A stretch of 33,388 bases of DNA, filler included, from an uncultured virus (IMG/VR IMGVR_UViG_2049941000_000271) (taxonomy: Duplodnaviria; Heunggongvirae; Uroviricota; Caudoviricetes). It is 15 parts of one record of this genome, joined end to end, with 100 filler letters (N's around TTAATTAATTAA, not from the genome) between each part and the next. Parts side by side here need not be neighbours in the genome. Positions count along the whole stretch, not along the records: positions 1 to 2,239 come from IMGVR_UViG_2049941000_000271; positions 2,340 to 4,878 come from IMGVR_UViG_2049941000_000271; positions 4,979 to 8,050 come from IMGVR_UViG_2049941000_000271; positions 8,151 to 11,698 come from IMGVR_UViG_2049941000_000271; 11 more parts are not named here. One strand, 5' to 3'. A program made the translations under genes and the position numbers. Below the pieces are notes generated by a model. That model had not been told where the DNA came from, searched no databases, and saw only the letters and a program-made list of their open reading frames with translations. Shown piece by piece: positions 1 to 8,916 of this stretch (position 1 is the stretch's first letter; each line of letters begins with the position of its first letter).

Positions 1-23
1 GTCTTGCGTCCGCTCATAGTGGT

Positions 24-231
24 TTAGAGACCTGCGCCGGAGCCGGAGCCGGAGCCTTTCGTGATGGCCGCGAGGGCCGTTGCGATGCTGGCCACGTAGA
101 CGGCGCCCTTCTTCTTGTTGCTCGGAGTGACGAGCTGGCCGCGCCAGCGGAGGTACATCACATACGAGTCGGTCTTGGCGACGCGCTCGATCTCGATCTC
201 GAAGCCCAGCTTCTCGTAGAGATCCCAGATG
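24..231 (-). CDS. Major capsid protein, C-terminal fragment ending ...TKGSGSGSGAGL*
   Basis: Near-identical to the end of the capsid fragment at 13993-14488 (IWDLYEKLGFEIEIER.AKTDSYVMYLRWRGQL); TAA at 24-26. Confidence 0.8.
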
Positions 232-740
232 CNNNNNNNNNNNNNNNNNNNNNNNNNNNNNNNNNNNNNNNNNNNNNNNNNNNNNNNNNNNNNNNNNNNN
301 NNNNNNNNNNNNNNNNNNNNNNNNNNNNNNNNNNNNNNNNNNNNNNNNNNNNNNNNNNNNNNNNNNNNNNNNNNNNNNNNNNNNNNNNNNNNNNNNNNNN
401 NNNNNNNNNNNNNNNNNNNNNNNNNNNNNNNNNNNNNNNNNNNNNNNNNNNNNNNNNNNNNNNNNNNNNNNNNNNNNNNNNNNNNNNNNNNNNNNNNNNN
501 NNNNNNNNNNNNNNNNNNNNNNNNNNNNNNNNNNNNNNNNNNNNNNNNNNNNNNNNNNNNNNNNNNNNNNNNNNNNNNNNNNNNNNNNNNNNNNNNNNNN
601 NNNNNNNNNNNNNNNNNNNNNNNNNNNNNNNNNNNNNNNNNNNNNNNNNNNNNNNNNNNNNNNNNNNNNNNNNNNNNNNNNNNNNNNNNNNNNNNNNNNN
701 NNNNNNNNNNNNNNNNNNNNNNNNNNNNNNNNNNNNNNNN

Positions 741-887
741 GAATGCTCCGGCCTTGATGACGTCACCATAGGAGTCGACGTTGTCGAAGTAGGCGCCGTA
801 TGCCTCGATGTAGAGGTGCTTCTCGTCCCGCGATACCTTGACCTCGCGGCAGACGATGCTCTTTTTTTCTATTTCTTTCGGTGGCAT
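741..887 (-). CDS. HK97-family prohead protease, N-terminal fragment
   Basis: IEAYGAYFDNVDSYGDVIKAGAF matches the F.nvD..gD.i..GAF motif of HK97-type prohead proteases. Confidence 0.85.
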
Positions 888-909
888 AGATTACGCTTTT
901 TGCAATAAT

Positions 910-939
910 AAAAAACGCAGGCGTGAAGACCTGCGTTTT
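910..939 (-). terminator. Intrinsic terminator-like hairpin upstream of the protease gene
   Basis: AAAACGCAGG (912-921) / CCTGCGTTTT (930-939) inverted repeat with a T run on the minus strand. Confidence 0.5.
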
Positions 940-985
940 GACTTTTCATAGTCCGCAATAGCGCTATATCTCCGTNNNNNNNNNN

Positions 986-1139
986 CCATATCCTTGATAA
1001 GGAAGTCGTACATCCGCTCGGCTTTGTCCACGTCGAGGTTCGAGAGGAAAAGGCACTGCTGCTTGAGCGATGCCTTGCTCGTGGGTTTGATCATTCCTAC
1101 CATTTCCATCAGCCTCTGCTGTTTTTTATGTCGGTTCAT
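986..1139 (-). CDS. Hypothetical protein, N-terminal fragment (MNRHKKQQRL...YDFLIKDM); may continue in 25216-25345
   Basis: ATG in A-rich context, open to the gap; the continuation is inferred. Confidence 0.55.
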
Positions 1140-1157
1140 TGTTGTTGGTTTTTGTTC

Positions 1158-1256
1158 CGCAGGTTACCGCAGTATTTCGCAGGTCGTCTATAAGTGAAAC
1201 ATAGTCAGCGTATTAATCTGCGGTTTATCTGCGGTTTATCTGCGGAAATAGTGCGA
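1158..1256. repeat. Inverted arrays of phased short repeats (3x CGCAG at 10-bp period; 3x CTGCGG at 11-bp period)
   Basis: CGCAG at 1158, 1168, 1178; CTGCGG at 1218, 1229, 1240; degenerate GTGCGA at 1251. Confidence 0.7.
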
Positions 1257-1297
1257 AAAACAGCCTGACGGCCCGAGAGCCGCCAGGCGTTCGCGGG

Positions 1298-1697
1298 TTA
1301 GTTGCCGCAGCCGCAACCGGGGCAGGCACACGGCTGGGGAGCCGAATAGATCTGCACCTTCTGCGGGTTCTCGGAGAGGTTGCCGAGGATGGCCTGGTTG
1401 AGCAGATTCTGCTGCACGCTCTGCATCGCGGAGAGTTCCGCAGCCTGCTGCGCGGTGAGGGAAGACGACTGCTGACCGCTGATCGTGTCAGTGATGGTCT
1501 GCGAGATCGTGGTGCCCTGGGCGACGCGCTCGGCACGCTCAGTGGACAGCAACCCGGTAAGGGCCGCAATCTGGGCGTTGTTCGCGTTGAACTGGGCATT
1601 GGCGAGGTCGCGCACGCCGTTGGCCTTCGCATTGGAGAAGATGGGTGCGAAGATCCACGCGCCGATGGCGGCGGCTGCGCCTACGGTGCCGAGGACG
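1298..1697 (-). CDS. Hypothetical protein, C-terminal fragment: hydrophobic segment, Gln/Ala/Asn-rich helix, Cys-rich end (PQPCACPGCGCGN*)
   Basis: Open frame from the gap to the stop; resembles a recurrent uncharacterised gut-phage family. Confidence 0.65.
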
Positions 1698-1709
1698 ANN
1701 NNNNNNNNG

Positions 1710-2239
1710 GCCTCTTCTACACCGATGCAGACCACACGCCCCTCGACGGCTTCGCAAGGGCGCAAAACGGGCAATCCTACGGCCTTTCCGAGTTGGTGGG
1801 GCGGGAATACATCACATACGCAAACGACAACTACGACGCCCTTTCCGGCACGATGATGGCCAATTCCGCGCTGCGCTTCGACAAGGCCGTGTCGTTCGGA
1901 GGGAAGACATACCGCATCGTCGGCGCTTCGCTGGCGATCCTCTCCAACACCTTGTCCGTTCAGCTGCTCCAGCAGGAGGCGGACTTCGACACGACGGCAT
2001 ACACCGTCACAGACGTGGAGAGCGAGAACGGCGGCGGCTATGCCGGCGGCACGGGCGGCATCGGGCAAGGGGCGAGCGGATCGTCGGAGCGTTTCTTCGC
2101 GGCGGTACCTGACGCGGAGACGGGCAACACCGTCGGTGCGAAGGCCCTCTACGACCTCTATATCATCCAGTCCACGGGCAGCGGGTCTGGCTCCGGCTCT
2201 GGCAGCGGTGACGGAGAAGGCTTGAAGGACGGATCCGAC
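1710..2239 (+). CDS. Minor tail protein fragment containing GSGSGSGSGSG
   Basis: Continuous open frame; Gly/Ser/Thr-rich, similar in character to the tail protein at 28052-29016. Confidence 0.55.
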
Positions 2240-2339
2240 NNNNNNNNNNNNNNNNNNNNNNNNNNNNNNNNNNNNNNNNNNNNTTAATTAATTAANNNNN
2301 NNNNNNNNNNNNNNNNNNNNNNNNNNNNNNNNNNNNNNN
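2240..2339. other. Artificial scaffold linker N-TTAATTAATTAA-N (recurs throughout the window)
   Basis: Identical 12-mer with stops in all six frames embedded in N runs, e.g. 2284, 4923, 8095, 11743, 12597, 31386. Confidence 0.95.
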
Positions 2340-2847
2340 CCCCGCGAGGTTCCCGCTGGTGGTCGGCGGCATCGACTACTACAAGCAGGACCGCCAGGGC
2401 ATCTCGCTCTCCGATTCCTCCGGCTGGGCCAACGATATATCGTACAACGGCAACTCGCAGAGCGACATCTATGTCAAGATGTACCTCTACAACCAGACGG
2501 GGAGAAGCGTCACGCTGAACGTCCGCGACAACCGCTTCGCCCTCTCGGCGAAGGTCTCTACTATCAACCCCGTGGTCGACTCACGCGGGGCGCACACCTT
2601 CGAGCGCACGCAGACGAGCCAGCTGTGGCTGCCGACCAGCGACGTCACGGTGGCGTCAGGCGGCTATGCGGAGCTCATATTCAAGATAACGAACATCTGG
2701 GGCGAGTCTACCGGATCGTCGCCCACGCTCATCGAGAGCGGGAAGCTGCTCGTCGAGCCGACGTTGCAGTTCGTCAGCGGGGGTACGTCCACGGACTTCC
2801 CCCTCTATGGCCCGCAGCGCACTTTCACCGTAACCCACGTCAATTAA
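2340..2847 (+). CDS. Tail-associated beta-rich protein, C-terminal fragment
   Basis: Open frame ending RTFTVTHVN*; Ser/Thr-rich, tail context. Confidence 0.55.
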
Positions 2848-2858
2848 ACCATACGAAT

Positions 2859-2949
2859 ATGAAGAACCAAGACATCATCACCCTTTGCAATGGCGGCTTC
2901 CTCGTCGCCACGGCACATTCACTCCCTGTCGAACACTTATACAAGTTCT
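2859..2949 (+). CDS. Hypothetical tail-region protein, N-terminus (MKNQDIITLC...EHLYKF); continues in the reversed contig at 3666-4008
   Basis: GAACACTTATACAAGTTCT is shared with the reverse complement of ~3990-4008. Confidence 0.65.
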
Positions 2950-2960
2950 NNNNNNNNNNG

Positions 2961-3068
2961 AACACGCGCTACAACGAGATGTTCCTCGTGGCGACGGACT
3001 CCATCGGCCTCGCGCCGGGGACGTACACCGCCGTGGCGTGCTGCCAGCTAACCGACCTGGGCGGCGGC
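2961..3068 (+). CDS. Tail-region protein fragment (NTRYNEMFLVATDSIGLAPGTYTAVACC...)
   Basis: Open short contig, tail context. Confidence 0.4.
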
Positions 3069-3139
3069 NNNNNNNNNNTGCGTGGTATGCCGACGTGCAG
3101 CGGCGCTGCGGTCGCTATACCATCGACATNNNNNNNNNN

Positions 3140-3495
3140 CGCGTGGTATGCCGACGTGCAGCGGCGCTGCGGTCGCTATACCATCGACATCAACGCGGAC
3201 TTCGGCAACCGCAACCAGTCGCGTGTGGACTTCCACCGCGAGTTCGGCGTCGAGCTGGTGGAACACTCCTGCGACGTGAGCGAGGAACCCGCCGAGGCGA
3301 TGGAGGTGGACGACGACCTCGACCTGGAGGGCACGCTGGAGGTGACGACGGACGGGATGTCCGCCTTCGACCAGTGGCGCACGTCGCCGGAGAGCGAGGG
3401 CTACCCGTCCACGGAGGAGGGGTTCTTCGCGTGGATGCGCCAGCCTGCCACGGATGCCGCTGCGGACGTTGAGGCGGGCGAGGCGGCGAGGGATG
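3140..3495 (+). CDS. Tail fibre/baseplate-type protein, middle fragment
   Basis: DGMSAFDQW...GYPSTEEGFFAWMRQPA resembles the G.SAY..W...G..TE..F motif of phage fibre proteins; 3079-3129 duplicates its start. Confidence 0.55.
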
Positions 3496-3505
3496 NNNNN
3501 NNNNN

Positions 3506-3673
3506 CGCCTCGCTTCGGCCTGCGCCGTCCAGCGCCACCGTCACCACGACATTACGCGCCACCGTCAGGTCGACGGGGTTGTCGTTCTTATCCACCACCG
3601 TGACGCGGACGGTTCGCGTCACACCACGCAGCAGGCGGGGCGGCAGCGCGATGTTGCAGCTACACTCACTCAT
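3506..3673 (-). CDS. Tail/baseplate protein N-terminus (MSECSCNIALPPRLLRGVTRTVRVTVVDKNDNPVDLT)
   Basis: Start overlaps the upstream gene end; D.ndnPVDLT is typical of BppU-like baseplate N-terminal domains. Confidence 0.5.
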
Positions 3674-4008
3674 CGCCTCCGCCCTCCTCCGGCTCGTCGA
3701 AAAGGTTGTCGAGCAGCACGGACTCCACGGCTATATCCGCGAATATGTCGCCGCGCTGCGTGCGGTTTTCGTCATAGACGCCTTTATAGCAGGCGAAAGG
3801 AATGCGGGCCTTTACCTCGACGCCGGAGTCCTCGTCCAGCAGCAGTTTGTTGGCCTTGACAAATTCCTCCCGCTTGTCTTCCGGCGCCTCCGAGAACTTC
3901 TGCGGGTCGATGCCGCACTCCTTGAGCAGCGCCGTCTGCGTGTCTCCGATGTGCCGGTTCGCCTTCTCCACCGCCTGCTTGAAGCGGAAGAACTTGTATA
4001 AGTGTTCG
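3666..4008 (-). CDS. Hypothetical tail-region protein, C-terminal part (EHLYKFFRFK...EGGGDE*)
   Basis: Open frame; overlaps the N-terminal piece at 2859-2949. Confidence 0.65.
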
Positions 4009-4018
4009 NNNNNNNNNN

Positions 4019-4316
4019 AGTAAGAGTTGGATGACGAGCCATTGCCATAGATGTATAGCGACAGGTTCTTTCGGCCCGATGCCGTGCCGGAGTAGCAGCC
4101 GAAGATGTTTTGTCCCGTCGTGACTGTCTGCGAGAGCGTCAACGTGATGACATCCGAGCCGCGCAGCTTCTCCCCGGTCTCATAGTGCGTGTTGCCGTCG
4201 AACAAGATGCCCGTCAGTTCGCGGTACTCGCTCGGCACGATACCGTCCTCGACAAAGATGGCCTTGCCGCTTGTCGCGCATAGTGCGCCGTTCGATGATA
4301 TTACGACCTTCCTCAT
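4019..4316 (-). CDS. Tail fibre/receptor-binding-type protein, N-terminal fragment (MRKVVISSNG...)
   Basis: ATG at 4316 coupled to the upstream stop (TAATG); PSEYRELTGILFDGNTHYETG resembles starts of Bacteroidales phage tail-tip proteins. Confidence 0.6.
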
Positions 4317-4878
4317 TATGCCATTGCGGTGTTCCAGATGGTGTCTATCTCCGAGGTCGTGAGCGATTCCGAGGCGGACGGCGTAGTCCACGCGATGGTG
4401 CCTTCCGCATCCGTCACGCCCAGCACCTTGCCGCTGTCGGATGCCGTAGGCGCAGGGATGGGTACGATGGCGGCGTGATCCTGCTCCGCACGGGTATGGT
4501 CATTTTCCGCACGTGTATGGTCGCTCTCGGCTCTCGTATGGTCGTTCCCCGCTTGCGTGTGATCTTGTCCGGCCTGCGTATGGTCTTGCCCAGCGGTCGT
4601 ATGGTCGGATGCCGCCCGGCTATGGTCTTCCGCAGCGGCAGTATGGTCTGCCGCCGCCCTCGTGTGGTCTCCTTCCGCCGTAGAATGGTCGCTGGCGGCA
4701 AGGCTATGATCCTGCCCAGCCCGCGTATGGTCTTCTCCGGCAGTCGTATGGTCACCGACGGCAACCGTGTGGTCTTGTCCGGCCTGCGTGTGGTCGCTGG
4801 CTGCGTTGTTGTGATCCGTAGCCGCCCGACTATGGTCGGCGGCGGCAGCTTCGTGATCCGAGACGGCGACCGTATGGT
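4316..4878 (-). CDS. Tail fibre-like protein, C-terminal fragment with 20 consecutive Asp-His heptads (frame absent from the ORF track)
   Basis: Manual translation: HTVAVS DHEAAAA DHSRAAT ... DHTRAEQ DHAAIVPIPAPTASDSGKVLGVTDAEGTIAWTTPSASESLTTSEIDTIWNTAMA*; 21-bp DNA periodicity. Confidence 0.8.
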
Positions 4879-4978
4879 NNNNNNNNNNNNNNNNNNNNNN
4901 NNNNNNNNNNNNNNNNNNNNNNTTAATTAATTAANNNNNNNNNNNNNNNNNNNNNNNNNNNNNNNNNNNNNNNNNNNN

Positions 4979-5292
4979 CCGTTGGTCGTGCCGTTGGGGA
5001 GCGCCGCCTGCTTGGCGTTCCAGGTGCTTTTCTCCGTGTCGGTGACGAGTCTATGCGTCGCGTCTGCGGAGAGCTGCGCAAGTGTCGTCGGGACGGTAAT
5101 GTTTACATTCTTGTTCGAATCAACCGTCTGCGTTGTGCCGTTGACGGAAATACTCTCGATGACGTTCACCTCGCCGCTGCCGCCGCCGTTGCCTGCTACC
5201 CACGCGCTTCCGTTCCACGTCAAGACCTGGCCGTTCGTGGTTCCGCTCGGCAGCTTCGCCTGGTACTTGTTCGCCAGCGACTGGCCCCCTTC
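4979..5292 (-). CDS. Tail fibre protein fragment
   Basis: NGQVLTWNGSAWV, VNVIESISVNG...NKNVNITVPT and HRLVTDTEKSTWNAKQ fibre-type motifs. Confidence 0.7.
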
Positions 5293-5302
5293 NNNNNNNN
5301 NN

Positions 5303-5413
5303 GACTTTGCCAGATTCTACAAGCAGAACCCCGTCACCGTGCGCAGCGTCATCTGCCGCAAGTACCTGGGCAAGCCCCGCCGCGTCGTCCTCTACTCCTT
5401 CAACAAGTTCCGC
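5303..5413 (+). CDS. Probable HTH DNA-binding protein fragment (DFARFYKQNPVTVRSVICRKYLGKPRRVVLYSFNKF), possibly the same gene as 7342-7483
   Basis: HTH-like pattern; the link is inferred. Confidence 0.4.
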
Positions 5414-5423
5414 NNNNNNNNNN

Positions 5424-5929
5424 CCGAGGACAGGTGGGTTGGCAAGCCCACCGAGGAGCAAATCTTCGCCGAAGGCTGGCAAGTGTGGGTGCCTCCCGTA
5501 ATCCCTCCGCAACCGCAGACGGAGCCCTATGAAACGGACATTGTGGAAGCGGTCAAAAAGATGCTCGCTTCGTCCGTGGAAGACCTAACCGACGAGGAAG
5601 CCCTTGAAGTGGCAGCGCTCTATCCGACGTGGGCATCCAAGATTGGCCAATTCGTGACCACAGGAGAAAGACTCTGGTATGACACCAAACTTTACAAAGT
5701 AATCCAACCGCATACCGTACAAGCGGACTGGACGCCCGATATTACCCCGGCACTGTATGTCGAGGTGAGCATCGAGGAATGGCCCGAAATCCCCGAAGTA
5801 ATCACGTCAGAAAACGCCTTTATGTCTGGTGACAAAGGTACGTGGAAAGGGCAGCATTACATCTGCCAAATGGACAACTGCGTCTGGAATCCAGACCAAT
5901 ATCCCGCCGCTTGGAAACTTGTAGAATAA
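5424..5929 (+). CDS. Phage protein with CBM5/12 (chitin-binding-like) modules, N-terminus missing
   Basis: LYPTW...GERLWYDTKLYKVIQPHTVQADWTP and GDKGTWKGQHYIC...NCVWNPDQYPAAW aromatic pattern. Confidence 0.7.
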
Positions 5930-5950
5930 ATAACCTAAACAGATACGACA

Positions 5951-6503
5951 ATGGAAGAAATGAACGCATTACCTATGTGGCTTAACGTATTCCTCGGCAT
6001 CGCCGCAGCGCTGGGGGGATGGGAGGCCATCAAGTACCTGCTCTCGCTCCGCGCCAACCGCCGAAAGGACAAGGCCGAGGCAGCGCAGGGCGAAGCACTC
6101 GCAGGCCAGCAGGACGCTGAATTGCGGCAGAAGGAGCTCGACCTTCTTAACCAGATCGTCGAAACGACGAAGTCGCAGTACGGCGAGTTGAAGCAACGCT
6201 ACGATGAACTGCTTGTCGAGCGAAAGGCTGACCGCGAAGAGATGGACGCACTGCGAAAGGAAGTCGCCGAACTGAAACTGCAACTCGCAGAGCAGGAGCG
6301 CAAGACCAACGGCTTGCAGCGGGCCTTCACGGGATCCGAGACGAAACGCCTGAACGCGGAGCGCTACTACTGCGGCATCGTGGACTGCGGGCAGCGCGTC
6401 CCCCCGATCGGTGAATACAACCCTGACAAGGTGACTCCCATCAAGCCGGAGGACACCGCGCAAATCATCAACCGCGACGCGAAGGGTCGCTTCGCCAAGG
6501 CGA
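5951..6503 (+). CDS. Membrane-anchored coiled-coil protein of the lysis region
   Basis: N-terminal hydrophobic helix, long coiled coil, C...C..R.PP motif; 3' end at a gap. Confidence 0.65.
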
Positions 6504-6513
6504 NNNNNNNNNN

Positions 6514-6690
6514 ATGGGAAAGAAAATCGGCATCTTCTTCGTCTTCGCTATGGCCTGCATCAGCGCGTTGGCGTTGCTTTCATACCTTATCGTCCGCAGG
6601 GCGTGGGCGCTGATCCCGTGCCTGCTCCTGGTTTGTGCGCTGGCCTATCCGAAGGCGCGGCAGCTTTACAAATACCTGACCAATGAATAG
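6514..6690 (+). CDS. Small two-TM membrane protein, holin candidate (58 aa; not in ORF track)
   Basis: MGKKIGIFFVFAMACISALALLSYLIVRRAWALIPCLLLVCALAYPKARQLYKYLTNE*; overlaps the next ATG. Confidence 0.6.
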   Translation: MGKKIGIFFVFAMACISALALLSYLIVRRAWALIPCLLLVCALAYPKARQLYKYLTNE

Positions 6691-7186
6691 GGACTGGAAG
6701 CGCATAGTGCTATGGGCGCTTGTCATCGCGCTGGGCTTCGTCTTCAGCTTCTTAGCAGGCTACAGGCACGCGGTTTCCCGCCCCGTAGAGCCGCTTTCAC
6801 GTGATACGGTAGTGATTACCCGCATCGACACGATCGCCCGCGAGAAGCCCGTCTATTACGCCGTCAGGCAGACCGACACGCTGCGCGTGGTCGTGCGTGA
6901 CACCGTCCGGCAGCAGGACACGCTCTACCTCGAACTGCGGCGTGAGCAGCGGGCCTATCGAGACACGTCCTTCGAGGCGTGGGTCTCTGGCGTGGAGCCG
7001 GCCCTCGACAGCATCCGCGTCTTCTCGCCGGTTCGGTGTGTTACGGTGACGGAGCGGGTGCCCGTCAAGGTGCGGACGCGCTGGGGGCTGGGCGTGAGTG
7101 CCGGCTACGGCATCACGCTGACGAAAGAGCCGCAGCTCACGCCGTACCTGGGCGTTGGCATATCCTACAACATCGTGTCCTGGTGA
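6683..7186 (+). CDS. DUF6808-like lysis-region membrane protein (spanin-like candidate)
   Basis: N-terminal TM, YRDTSFEAWVSGVEPALDSIRV motif, C-terminal amphipathic beta strands ending in W. Confidence 0.7.
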   Translation: MNRDWKRIVLWALVIALGFVFSFLAGYRHAVSRPVEPLSRDTVVITRIDTIAREKPVYYAVRQTDTLRVVVRDTVRQQDTLYLELRREQRAYRDTSFEAWVSGVEPALDSIRVFSPVRCVTVTERVPVKVRTRWGLGVSAGYGITLTKEPQLTPYLGVGISYNIVSW

Positions 7187-7213
7187 CGCTTGCCCCCACG
7201 GGGGGAGGGACGG

Positions 7214-7337
7214 AAAAAAGCCCCCGGCTGTCAGTGATGCTCTAACCTACCAACTGACGAAAATGCGACGTACCGCACGCCGGGGGCCGAAAACCCTCCG
7301 AGTGGTACGCCGCAATTTGTTGATAGATTAGAGCATC
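7214..7337 (-). ncRNA. Putative structured RNA (~125 nt): long rod versus competing terminator
   Basis: 7236-7254 pairs with 7319-7337, 7264-7276 with 7302-7314, 7220-7228 with 7279-7287 followed by U6; TACATTTG at 7346-7339. Confidence 0.6.
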
Positions 7338-7338
7338 G

Positions 7339-7346
7339 CAAATGTA
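7339..7346 (-). promoter_or_regulatory. Bacteroidota primary-sigma -7 element TACATTTG
   Basis: Exact TAnnTTTG match directly before the structured element. Confidence 0.5.
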
Positions 7347-7483
7347 CGATAAAATCCCGAACAAGGAAAACCTTTCCGAAGAAATCCTCTGCGAGATGCT
7401 GCAATTCTTGCAGCACAAGATACGCACGAAGCGCCTATCCCTCTCGGACGCAGAGGCAATACGCCGCATTTTCGACGGCATCG
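7342..7483 (+). CDS. Hypothetical (possible regulator) N-terminal fragment MYDKIPNKENLSEEILCEMLQFLQHKIRTKRLSLSDAEAIRRIFDGI
   Basis: Manual translation, open to the gap; not in ORF track. Confidence 0.5.
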
Positions 7484-7494
7484 ANNNNNNNNNN

Positions 7495-8050
7495 TGCCGG
7501 GGCCGCTGCCGCTGCCCGTGATGGTGACCACGCCGTTGGCATCGCTGGAGACCGTCACCGAACCCGCTCCCTTGAGCCGCACGGCACCCTTGTTCGTGCC
7601 GCCGCCCGTAAGGATGATGTACGGGTCGCTGGTCTCGTAGTTCGACGTGCCGCTGGCCTGCCCCGCGAAAAGGCCGAGCGACTGGTGCGCCGTGAGGTAA
7701 CCCTTGTTCGTCACCCACGTCTCGGTTGCATAGCCGGAGAGGGCCGCGTTGGTGAGGTACCCCTTGTTCGTCACCCAAGACTCGGTTGCATAGCCGGAGA
7801 GCGAGGTGATCACCGTGCCGAGGTCTATCGTTACGTTTGCGGTGGCGTTGGCGCTGAACGTGCCCTTGCTGGCGTTGTTCATCTTGACGGTCAACACGCC
7901 AGCGCCGGGTGTTGTGTAGTTCGGCTTGTTCTTTATGTAGTCCTTCGCGGTGTCGTCCGTCTGGTTCCAGTCCGATTGGATCTGCGCGGCGGGGACTACG
8001 ATGTTTACATTCTTATTCGCATCCGGCGCGACGTTGGTTCCGTTGACGGA
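7495..8050 (-). CDS. Tail fibre protein fragment with a 20-aa tandem repeat
   Basis: QSDWNQTDDTAKDYIKNKP and 2x LSGYATE(S/T)WVTNKGYLT (60-bp period, ~7692-7800). Confidence 0.75.
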
Positions 8051-8150
8051 NNNNNNNNNNNNNNNNNNNNNNNNNNNNNNNNNNNNNNNNNNNNTTAATT
8101 AATTAANNNNNNNNNNNNNNNNNNNNNNNNNNNNNNNNNNNNNNNNNNNN

Positions 8151-8418
8151 GGACGGCTGCGAGCTTGGACACCGACGCCTCGAACCCCGTGATGGTCTTC
8201 AACGTCCCGGCCAGCATCTTGAAGGCCGCGATAGCGGCGGTGACCTTCGCCGGGTCACCNNNNNNNNNNNNNNNNNNNNNNNNNNNNNTGACCTTCGCCG
8301 CCACGCCGCGCATCGTCTCGCCGAAGGTCTTGGTCTTCTTCTCGGCGTTGTCCATCCCACGGTTGAAATCGTCGGACTTCAACCCCAGCTTCACCCATAT
8401 ATTGCCAAGCAGGCTCAT
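8151..8418 (-). CDS. Tape measure protein, N-terminal fragments
   Basis: MSLLGNIWVKLGLKSDDFNRGM; ATGA overlap with the chaperone stop. Confidence 0.8.
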
Positions 8419-8565
8419 CGTATAGTTCTCTTGATTCGGTTCAGTTCCTTGATGTCGTCGTCCGTGAGGCGTATCACGGTCTGCTCGCTATCCGCGTCCC
8501 CGTCCCCCGGCAGGTGGAAGAAACGCGTGGGGTCGGTCTCCTTGTGCCCGCCTTTCGCGGACGGT
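8415..8565 (-). CDS. Tail assembly chaperone gpT-like C-terminus, second allele
   Basis: Near-duplicate of 8576-8716 with a few substitutions; ends ELNRIKRTIR*. Confidence 0.65.
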
Positions 8566-8575
8566 NNNNNNNNNN

Positions 8576-8916
8576 TTTCTCTTGATTCGGTTCAGTTCCT
8601 TGATGTCGTTGTCCGTGAGGTGTATCACGGTCTGCTCGCTATCCGCGTCCCCGTCCCCCGGCAGGGGGAAGAAACGCGTGGGGTCGGTCTCCTTGTGCCC
8701 GCCTTTCGCGGACGGTATCGAGAGGTACACCCAGTGCGCGATCATACGCGCCCGCGCCCACGCGTCGTGCCGCTCCTTCTCCTTCCCGCTCTGCAAGGCC
8801 CGTAGCTCCACCCACCCGGTGACCTCGGCCTCGCGCTCCGTCTTCCCGCACCGGCCTATGAGCCAGTCGCGGATCGGCTCCCACGCGACGAGGAACGGAA
8901 TGCCGCGAAGGATCTC
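8576..8916 (-). CDS. Tail assembly chaperone gpT-like frame, reached by a -1 frameshift
   Basis: -1 frame open from the A11G run: EILRGIPFLVAWEPIRDWLIGRCGKTERE...TRFFPLPGD. Confidence 0.7.

Noticed and set aside
2284..2295. Recurrent TTAATTAATTAA as a biological motif
   Set aside because: Always embedded in N runs; artificial six-frame stop linker.
3079..3190. Tandem 50-bp duplication
   Set aside because: Isolated by N gaps; assembly redundancy.
2859..4008. Inverted 19-bp match suggesting an invertible tail segment
   Set aside because: Both copies are at contig ends; it is an assembly overlap with one contig reversed, and no invertase is seen.
4470..4878. 21-bp periodic repeat as a CRISPR or non-coding array, and the track ORFs 4271-4930 (+) and 4414-4764 (-)
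   Set aside because: Constant part is only ~9 bp with third-position wobble fitting Asp-His codons; no cas genes; those ORFs are shadows of the heptad frame.
7214..7346. tRNA or retron msr-msd interpretation of the structured element
   Set aside because: No cloverleaf or T-loop consensus and no adjacent reverse transcriptase.
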